Virus record (IMG/VR): IMGVR_UViG_3300023184_000024
Location: 288,755-352,754 of that record
DNA: 64,000 bases
Direction: 5' to 3' (one strand)
Both the position numbers and the translations under genes were made by a program. Each line of letters begins with the position of its first letter. Positions within the stretch are counted from its first letter, which is position 1. The notes under the pieces are model-generated. The model saw only the letters and a program-made list of their open reading frames with translations. It had not been told where the DNA came from and ran no database searches. Below are positions 57,582 through 64,000 of this stretch, in pieces.

Positions 57582-57854
57582 ATGTTTACATTAGACGCAA
57601 CAATCGACGCCGTACAAACCGGTAAAAAACAATTTGTCAAGACATTTGTCCAGAACGAAAAAATTGCAGACGCAATGAACACTTTCATTGATGAGCAAGC
57701 CTCTTACACAAAGAAAGCTGCCAAAGTTGGTACAGATACATTTGCTACATTAGCCAGCGAAATGGTTAAAACCACACAAGAAGCCATGAAGTTTGACTAC
57801 ACCAAGTTTGGTGAAGGTATCATGAAGGCTTATACAGCTACTACCAAGAAGTAA
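57582..57854 (+). CDS. Phasin-like small helical protein
   Basis: 90 aa, Ala/Lys/Thr-rich amphipathic helices, strong SD, TGC-N3-GCA box upstream. Confidence 0.5.
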   Translation: MFTLDATIDAVQTGKKQFVKTFVQNEKIADAMNTFIDEQASYTKKAAKVGTDTFATLASEMVKTTQEAMKFDYTKFGEGIMKAYTATTKK

Positions 57855-57872
57855 TTCTGGTTAATTAGTCGC

Positions 57873-57901
57873 TAGACTAATAAATCCTGTTTGTGTATAA
57901 T
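57873..57901 (+). promoter_or_regulatory. sigma70-type promoter
   Basis: TAGACT-N17-TATAAT with TG extension, ending 7 nt before the ATG at 57908. Confidence 0.6.
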
Positions 57902-57907
57902 AGATAC

Positions 57908-58150
57908 ATGAACAGGATTTTTCTTTTGTGCTTGCTATTTCTAGTTGGGTGCGCTCAGGTACCCAGAATGCCACCGGATGTGGCAGCCATGCCCGACGAC
58001 TGCGCAAATCGACAAGCCATCATCAGATGGTTAGATTCTTTGGTTCAGGTTCCTAAATCAACTTTTGAAAATGAGCATGAATATGAACAAACTCGCAGTA
58101 AAATCAAAGCTCGCATTTGGAGCATTCGTTACAATTGTCAGCGTGTTTAA
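57908..58150 (+). CDS. Small lipoprotein
   Basis: Lipobox LVGC; two further Cys. Confidence 0.65.
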   Translation: MNRIFLLCLLFLVGCAQVPRMPPDVAAMPDDCANRQAIIRWLDSLVQVPKSTFENEHEYEQTRSKIKARIWSIRYNCQRV

Positions 58151-58421
58151 TGTAGGATGCGCCAATTACTCGCCGGTGATGAGTTCACACCTGGACTCTT
58201 TTCAAATCGATTGTAGAATTAAAGAACAGCAAGTTCGATTTTTGCAGTCAATGAGAAACACAAACAATGAAAAGTTCAATGCCAGGGCCACTAATGCAGT
58301 GATGCCCTGGACAATGATCACTGACTCATCAAATTACCAGCATCGACAAGGTGTACAAACTGGATACAACGACTGGGTCATCAATCAACTGTTGCTTAGA
58401 TTAGGATATGATTGCCCATGA
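58083..58421 (+). CDS. Putative lipoprotein
   Basis: Hydrophobic N-terminus with VGC; DC..QVRFL..C pattern similar to the previous gene. Confidence 0.55.
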   Translation: MNKLAVKSKLAFGAFVTIVSVFNVGCANYSPVMSSHLDSFQIDCRIKEQQVRFLQSMRNTNNEKFNARATNAVMPWTMITDSSNYQHRQGVQTGYNDWVINQLLLRLGYDCP

Positions 58422-58981
58422 AAAAACATTACATTGCAATTGCTGTGTTGATTTCAATGCCAGCTTGGTCAAACAATTGTGTGATGCAGGAACGTACCGT
58501 TACTCAAAATGATGTAAAAATTTTAGAGAGAAGCACCATACGTCGTGATGTGGTCCCTGCACAAAACGGGCGTAAGTGCATAGTGGATTTTCGTGCTCGA
58601 GTAGGCAGTGAATGGCACACAGCATTTGGTGAACACATCTGGCCTGGAGATCGTCCCAGTGAAGAAGCCTGTTTGGTTGCAGTAAAACGAGCCGAAGACA
58701 GTGTTCGCGAACGTGTGGGTCGTACATCATCAATGAGTGAAAGAATTTTGGTTTGTAAAGATCGTCCCGAATTAGAAACACTGCGCCAAACCCAAATTGG
58801 CACAGTTGGTGATGCAGGGCAGTTTAGAATCCATCCCAATTACCCCAATCGATTTTATCACAACGGTGCCCAATGCCGTTGGTTTGTAGAACCAATGTTC
58901 AATGGTAGAGATATCCAAAATTTCCAAGGTGTGGCCTGCGAAGTTCGGGACAACAAGTGGGTAGTTGTGGACAAATTTTAA
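58418..58981 (+). CDS. Secreted Cys-containing hypothetical protein
   Basis: Signal peptide; six Cys. Confidence 0.65.
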   Translation: MKKHYIAIAVLISMPAWSNNCVMQERTVTQNDVKILERSTIRRDVVPAQNGRKCIVDFRARVGSEWHTAFGEHIWPGDRPSEEACLVAVKRAEDSVRERVGRTSSMSERILVCKDRPELETLRQTQIGTVGDAGQFRIHPNYPNRFYHNGAQCRWFVEPMFNGRDIQNFQGVACEVRDNKWVVVDKF

Positions 58982-58982
58982 A

Positions 58983-59011
58983 TTGACTTGTTATTGTAAT
59001 CCTTGTATAAT
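58983..59011 (+). promoter_or_regulatory. sigma70-type promoter
   Basis: TTGACT-N17-TATAAT. Confidence 0.75.
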
Positions 59012-59043
59012 TTGTAGTATATTGTTAATACTGAAAGGTAATC

Positions 59044-59172
59044 ATGAGTAAGTTTGTTATAGGTACCGTTTTTGGAATAGTACTGGCAACTGTGGGGTTC
59101 GGTGGCATTGCCCGAATGTTGGACCGAGGGGTAGACACTGTTAAAACTCAGACTCAGGAGATAGCAAAATGA
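59044..59172 (+). CDS. Small membrane protein (42 aa, not in the ORF track)
   Basis: MSKFVIGTVFGIVLATVGFGGIARMLDRGVDTVKTQTQEIAK*; AAGGT SD. Confidence 0.7.
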   Translation: MSKFVIGTVFGIVLATVGFGGIARMLDRGVDTVKTQTQEIAK

Positions 59173-59291
59173 AACTGGCAGTGACAATTTTGTTGGTAAG
59201 TTTGTTGACCGCTTGTGGAACCATTGGCGGAGCAGTAAGTGGAGCCGGTGATGATTTAAAAAAGGCCGGCGATTGGGTTAAAACTCGTTAA
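59169..59291 (+). CDS. Entericidin EcnA/B-like lipoprotein (40 aa, not in the ORF track)
   Basis: MKLAVTILLVSLLTAC-GTIGGAVSGAGDDLKKAG..; AGGAG SD; ATGA overlap. Confidence 0.7.
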   Translation: MKLAVTILLVSLLTACGTIGGAVSGAGDDLKKAGDWVKTR

Positions 59292-59300
59292 GGAAACATT

Positions 59301-59876
59301 ATGAAAAATTTTATTTTATTGGCAATTGTATCAACACTGGCAGCCTGTAGTTCTGCACCCAAGGAAGCTTACGAACGCCGCTCCTATGAAGAAAACAAGC
59401 GGCAAGAGCAGTATGCAGAACGTGCAATTGATCAAGCCCCAAAATGGATGACTGAACTGCCCAAGTCTAATTCGGCTGTGTACCAAAACGGTACCGCTGT
59501 CAGTTCTGACATGAGCATGAGTGTCAACAAAGCAAAAACCATGGCATTTGGCAAGATTTGTATGAGTGCTGGCGGCCGGGTCAATCAACAAAGCAAAGTT
59601 TACCGAACAGACAGTGAAAATGCCAGCACTGAATTTTCAGAATTGGCAGTCAAGAGTTTTTGTCCCAATGTAGACATTACCGGGGTTGAAGTAACAGACA
59701 CCAAGGTCATTGCAGAAGGTGGTAGGTTTAGAACCTATGTACTACTGGCCTTGCCCACAGGCAATGCAAACCCGATGGCACGTGAAAGAGATGCAAAAGA
59801 ACAGCGTAAATCAGCAGAAACACGCAGTCGAGAAGCATTCAAAGAGTTGGACAAGAATGAAGAAAAACTTCGGTAA
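59301..59876 (+). CDS. Lipoprotein (LPP20-like)
   Basis: Lipobox LAAC; PKWM..G.A.S.D..A...A pattern. Confidence 0.65.
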   Translation: MKNFILLAIVSTLAACSSAPKEAYERRSYEENKRQEQYAERAIDQAPKWMTELPKSNSAVYQNGTAVSSDMSMSVNKAKTMAFGKICMSAGGRVNQQSKVYRTDSENASTEFSELAVKSFCPNVDITGVEVTDTKVIAEGGRFRTYVLLALPTGNANPMARERDAKEQRKSAETRSREAFKELDKNEEKLR

Positions 59877-59899
59877 TACTTTAACCATATAAGTATTCG

Positions 59900-59926
59900 A
59901 GCTAGGATCTAAGATCCTGGCTTTTT
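59900..59926 (+). terminator. Rho-independent terminator
   Basis: AGCTAGGATC-taa-GATCCTGGCT followed by TTTT. Confidence 0.75.
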
Positions 59927-59938
59927 AGTGGAATAATC

Positions 59939-60517
59939 ATGACACAAAGCAAGGACACTGAGGAAGATTACGTAAGCCCGGGACAAAGCCTGCTGGAAGC
60001 AGGCATGTATACACTCATGGGACCCATTGACGATGAGCTAGTGAAGCCTGTGATCGAGTGGATTTTACATGCCAATCATGTTGTTAAAAGAAAGAAAAAA
60101 GAACTTTTATTAATGATATGTAGTGAAGGTGGTGACATGAGCTCGGCATTTGCATTAATTGATGTCATGCAAAGTTCAGGCATACCTATTAAAACAGTGG
60201 GACTTGGTCAAATTGCATCGGCTGGACTGTTGATCTTTTTGGCTGGTACCCCGGGCCGCAGGACCTTGACTCCCAACACCAGTATATTAAGTCATCAATT
60301 TAGCTGGGGTAGTGACGGCAAAGTGCATGAGTTATTTGCTACCATGAAAGAGTTTGAATTAACTCAAAAGCGCATGATAGCGCACTATGTTCGATGCACC
60401 AATCTCAGCGAAGATCAAATACGTAAAAATCTATTGCCGCCACATGATGTTTGGCTTGACGCAAAAGAAGCATTGAAGCTCAACATCTGCGATCATATCA
60501 GTTTGGTAAATCGTTAA
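59939..60517 (+). CDS. clpP: ClpP-like protease subunit
   Basis: ICSEGG, GQIASAG (Ser), ILSHQ (His), DVWLDAKEAL..CD. Confidence 0.85.
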   Translation: MTQSKDTEEDYVSPGQSLLEAGMYTLMGPIDDELVKPVIEWILHANHVVKRKKKELLLMICSEGGDMSSAFALIDVMQSSGIPIKTVGLGQIASAGLLIFLAGTPGRRTLTPNTSILSHQFSWGSDGKVHELFATMKEFELTQKRMIAHYVRCTNLSEDQIRKNLLPPHDVWLDAKEALKLNICDHISLVNR

Positions 60518-62082
60518 CGACGTTTACGACCCAGTGCTTGGTCAGTGCCGCGTTTGGGGCCTATGCTTCCAGATGCTTTAATATCACTTCTTGGTGGAAT
60601 ATAATCAACAATCTCTCCTGCTTGACTAGGTCCTGGAGTGTCAGTGACTGCAGATTTTTCTGCATTGTCAACAGACTTGGCATCTTTGTTGATGTTAAAC
60701 ACCAGCTTGCCGCCCGAACTTGATGTGGAACTATAACTCTTTTGAGCTTCCAACGTTACTTCCGTGAACAACTTGCTGGGCCAAACTGTGGTAAATCCAG
60801 AAATGACAAACTCTCCTTTGCCCTTTTTGGCTTCGGTGTACATTTGAACAAAGGCCGAGTTGTTTAAAATATCCGCGGCAGCTTCGCTGAAGTTGGTTTC
60901 TAAATTAATTTTATTGACCACTTTATAAGCAATGCTAGACACCATGTGCTCTAGTGGCACAATTTTGCTGGGATCATCGGCTTTGCGCTCTTTGTAAATT
61001 TGTTTCAAGTTATCAGTTAAATCTGTGTTGTCTATGTCAAAATCTTTTTGACCAGCATACTGTTTTAACGTCATTACTTGTTCTGCTTCGGCAGCATCAA
61101 TCATTCCTTGTTCAACTGCCAAGGTCAACGGTCCTGAATAGTGAGTACCGCGATCGATCACTTCTAGTATACGAATAACATCGGCATAATTTTTTCGGAA
61201 TTGAGTCATGCCAGCGTTTTCAAGTTCTCGAACTGATTTTATCAAGTTGACACTGGATGCCATGGCGCCTTTGGCACCTTTGCTAGATAACTTAATTTGT
61301 TTGCCTTCGGGGTTGACCAACAAACTATCATAGAGCTCACCACCAACACTTTGGTTAAAACTCACCACACAATCTCCGTAGCCGGGACCACCTAAAAATA
61401 TTTCTGCGGCCTTGTTGGCATTGCCCTTGACCGGCAAGCCATTGATCAATGCAATGGGTTGAAGCATTTCACAGAAGTAATCACGAAATGCGGCAAAGTC
61501 CATGTTGCCTGCAGGTACCACAATTGGAAAATCAGTTGACTGATTGAATATCACTGCGGCCTTGTACTCATCACTGTTCTTGCCAAATTTTTTGCCTATT
61601 TGTGCAAGTATTGTGGCAGGAGTCTGACTTTTAAAGTCAGTCAGCACATCACTGGGCTTGTATCCTACTTTTTCTTTGCTGCCACGAGCACTGACCTGGC
61701 TGAAGCCCCCGGGAATGTCCACAGTTTGAAAAAAAGTATTTTGTGTGCGAACTGGTTTAATTTCATCTGCAAATTTGGCCAAGTAGCGTCGACCCACTGC
61801 TGTGTCAAATTCTGCAACGCCAAATGCTCCGCCGTTGCCACGTGGGCGATTGATGCGTTCAATTTTACGTCGTAGTTTTTTTTCCAATGCTGAAAAAGCC
61901 TGTTCTAATTCTTCAGTGGAATCATATCTTCCCACATCGGGATAAAATGTTAATCCTTGAAAAACTATCTGGTCGTCTTGGTCTTTGGAACCAATGCGTG
62001 TGAATTGGTCGCTGGGATTTCGTGCACTAAGTCCGCGAGCTTCGGTTATTACAGTATCAACTAGGTCTATTAAATGGCGCAT
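60514..62082 (-). CDS. Hypothetical, probable internal head protein
   Basis: TAAATA just upstream, N-terminal ..VITE, C-terminal ALGRKRR. Confidence 0.55.
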   Translation of the reverse strand: MRHLIDLVDTVITEARGLSARNPSDQFTRIGSKDQDDQIVFQGLTFYPDVGRYDSTEELEQAFSALEKKLRRKIERINRPRGNGGAFGVAEFDTAVGRRYLAKFADEIKPVRTQNTFFQTVDIPGGFSQVSARGSKEKVGYKPSDVLTDFKSQTPATILAQIGKKFGKNSDEYKAAVIFNQSTDFPIVVPAGNMDFAAFRDYFCEMLQPIALINGLPVKGNANKAAEIFLGGPGYGDCVVSFNQSVGGELYDSLLVNPEGKQIKLSSKGAKGAMASSVNLIKSVRELENAGMTQFRKNYADVIRILEVIDRGTHYSGPLTLAVEQGMIDAAEAEQVMTLKQYAGQKDFDIDNTDLTDNLKQIYKERKADDPSKIVPLEHMVSSIAYKVVNKINLETNFSEAAADILNNSAFVQMYTEAKKGKGEFVISGFTTVWPSKLFTEVTLEAQKSYSSTSSSGGKLVFNINKDAKSVDNAEKSAVTDTPGPSQAGEIVDYIPPRSDIKASGSIGPKRGTDQALGRKRR

Positions 62083-62110
62083 GTTATATTTACCAATATA
62101 AGTAGTTAGC

Positions 62111-63091
62111 ATGATTACTATTCGAGTAAATGTGTGCGGAGACCACTGGATAAACCCCGAAGAAGTTCAAGCCCAACTTGACACAGCAGATGCTTTAGAA
62201 CCTGTTGTATTCAACTTTGGTGCCGAAGGTCCTAGCTTGGCGGCAATTGGGCTAATGGACATGATCAACGCCCACTGCAACACCACTGGCAGAAGTTTGA
62301 CATCTCTGCATGTTGTTGCATGGCCGAACACCGCAGAAAAGTTGCAGGTAGGCTCTGTTGAGTTGTGCAAAATCAGTCATTTTTTTAGCAAAAGCGATGT
62401 GTATCGCAGAGACCAATTTTTACCATCCACACACGAACATCTGTTTGGATGTTTTATAGGCCGGCGTACCATAGCTCGTGGCGTGATCTTGTATGACCTA
62501 TGGAAACACCACAAACAACACACATTGTTGAGTTGCATGTACAACAGAAATATAAATGTATGGGAAAAAAGCAAAGGTAAAAATCTAGAAAGTCTAGACC
62601 AATGGGTGCCAACAGACCAGCAGGCTGACTTTGTTGATTGGTGGAAAAGTTGCCCAGTGTCCAGTATTGATCAACATTCTGTAGCCGATCAATACAGAGA
62701 TGGACAAAACACAAACCTTGATCTTCTAGCGCACTATCATAAATTTGACATAGAGATTGTCTGCGAAACATATACTCTGGGAGAAACTTTTTTCCCCACA
62801 GAAAAAACAATTCGGCCAATAATGGGCAAAAAACCTTGGTTAATTTATGGCCCTGAAAACTATTTGCGCAGACTACAAGAACTTGGATTTCAAACATTTG
62901 ACACACTGTGGAGTGAAGAATACGATCAGTTTTCCGGCCCTGTAAGATGGCAGTACATTCAACAAGTTATACAAAATCTAACCAACTTGTCCACAGCAGA
63001 TCGTTGTGCCCTGCTGGACAAAGCCAGCTTGATCACTGAACACAATTGGAAAGTGCTGGAAGACCTTGCTAGAAAACACAGTACAAAATGA
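62111..63091 (+). CDS. GT10-like ('TEK' motif) putative glycosyltransferase
   Basis: VCET..PTEKTIRPI..KPWLIYG..GFQTF..EEYD. Confidence 0.55.
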   Translation: MITIRVNVCGDHWINPEEVQAQLDTADALEPVVFNFGAEGPSLAAIGLMDMINAHCNTTGRSLTSLHVVAWPNTAEKLQVGSVELCKISHFFSKSDVYRRDQFLPSTHEHLFGCFIGRRTIARGVILYDLWKHHKQHTLLSCMYNRNINVWEKSKGKNLESLDQWVPTDQQADFVDWWKSCPVSSIDQHSVADQYRDGQNTNLDLLAHYHKFDIEIVCETYTLGETFFPTEKTIRPIMGKKPWLIYGPENYLRRLQELGFQTFDTLWSEEYDQFSGPVRWQYIQQVIQNLTNLSTADRCALLDKASLITEHNWKVLEDLARKHSTK

Positions 63092-64000
63092 TATTAAAAG
63101 TATTTGATCATGGGTGGGGCAACGATGTACCACTCAAACAGTTTGAAAAATCACTGACCGACCAGTATCTGGCTCCGCTGGTCACCGACGATAAAAATCA
63201 TGTAATCATTAACAGTGTGTGGTACACTGACAATGCGCATAAACAAGTCATGGCATATCTAAGAACACACAAAGTTGACAGCATAGTGCTGATTGCCATG
63301 TTGGATGCTGCCATTCCTTATGCACCACGATATCAAGAGTTGGCACACTTGGTGAACGAAGTTGGGTATTACCGGGGAAAAAATTTCATAGATTTCTGGG
63401 CACTAATGGTAGACCGTTATTTTGACCAGCCGGGCCCCGAGGCGTTATTACCCACACAGCAAATGACGCTGCCGTTTATGTGTTTGAATCGTAAGCCACA
63501 TTGGCACAGAAAGAAACTCTATGTAGAATTAGAATCTCGCGGCTTGCTGGACCACGGGCTTGTTAGTTTTGGTGGAGACAACAACAACCCGGTTAGAGTA
63601 CTAGCCACCGATCAAGGCCAAAGTTTGCTTGCCCCAAACCCCGGAGCAGACCAACATGGTATATGCAATGACATTGCCAGTCTTGGACACCCAGATAACT
63701 GGCAACGCTGTTTTTTAAATGTAGTAACAGAAACCGTGTTTGACATTAATATCAATTATTTTGTCAGCGAAAAAATATACAAACCCATAATTGGCCAACG
63801 TCCTTTTTTGGTCTACGACACAGACGGGGCAACGCAATGGTTGACCGATCGCGGGTTTCAATCATATGTCAATGACTTCACAGACATATCTGATCTTGAT
63901 TTAACTAATCCAGACAACATTGCACCATTTCTACTGGTGTTATCTCAGCAAAATACCAGCTACTATTACCAAAAGTATCTTGCTCTCAGCGAAAAAATTA
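63088..64000 (+). CDS. GT10-like ('SEK' motif) putative glycosyltransferase, 3'-truncated by the window edge
   Basis: ATGA-coupled ORF MILKVFDHGW.., open to the window end; CLNRKPH, VTETVF..VSEKIYKPI..RPFLVY. Confidence 0.6.
   Translation, partial: MILKVFDHGWGNDVPLKQFEKSLTDQYLAPLVTDDKNHVIINSVWYTDNAHKQVMAYLRTHKVDSIVLIAMLDAAIPYAPRYQELAHLVNEVGYYRGKNFIDFWALMVDRYFDQPGPEALLPTQQMTLPFMCLNRKPHWHRKKLYVELESRGLLDHGLVSFGGDNNNPVRVLATDQGQSLLAPNPGADQHGICNDIASLGHPDNWQRCFLNVVTETVFDININYFVSEKIYKPIIGQRPFLVYDTDGATQWLTDRGFQSYVNDFTDISDLDLTNPDNIAPFLLVLSQQNTSYYYQKYLALSEKI

Larger units (their letters stand above)
5415..62092. promoter_or_regulatory. Dispersed T4-like late promoter core TAAATA (18 sites; the span is first to last site)
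   Basis: + strand: 5415, 11166, 14088, 14655, 15721, 16430, 20304, 26258, 32894, 35188, 38210, 47206, 57506. - strand (TATTTA on +): 39884, 55311, 55647, 56693, 62087. Most lie within about 80 nt upstream of a same-strand start codon; the T4 late consensus is TATAAATA. Confidence 0.65.

Noticed and set aside
18856-60517. Bacterial chromosome or prophage-host junction, given the many host-like genes
   Set aside because: Host-like genes are interleaved and overlap-coupled with T4-like replication and virion genes, share phage promoter motifs, and lack their normal bacterial operon partners.
1-64000. Stop-codon reassignment (TAG or TGA recoding), as seen in some large phages
   Set aside because: Conserved genes are full length in the standard code, and TAG, TGA and TAA all end genes at expected positions (for example the ligase and desaturase end in TAG).

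Overview
Gene-dense, AT-rich 64 kb segment of a large T4-like (myovirus-type) dsDNA phage read in the standard genetic code. The porin, IscU/IscA, desaturase and phasin-like genes suggest a Gram-negative, probably betaproteobacterial host (inference). Core functions: UvsW-like helicase, gp62-like clamp-loader subunit, primase, DnaB/gp41-like helicase, class Ia NrdAB with glutaredoxin, ATP-dependent ligase, PD-(D/E)XK exonuclease, UvsE, PAAR and tail/head-associated proteins. Host-type genes: iscU, iscA, clpX, clpS, clpP-like, hsp20, UDP-glucose dehydrogenase, amidinotransferase, desaturase, phasin-like, porin, many lipoproteins, five GT10-like 'TEK' proteins and two radical SAM enzymes. Best leads: (1) a late operon coupling a solute-binding protein, a DAACS transporter with altered cation-site residues, a T4 gpT-like holin and an Asp/Glu racemase; (2) a 189-aa mini-DnaE that keeps all three catalytic Asp; (3) a secreted Asn/Thr-repeat protein with two partner genes; (4) a shared structured, ROSE-like 5' UTR on hsp20 and the phasin gene, plus a PhaR-like box; (5) a stand-alone Hint-like protein without catalytic residues; (6) promoter cassettes that supply the upstream gene's stop codon, and many apparently leaderless transcripts. 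All calls come from reading motifs by eye; no database searches were run. No tRNA, rRNA, CRISPR array or integrase was recognised.
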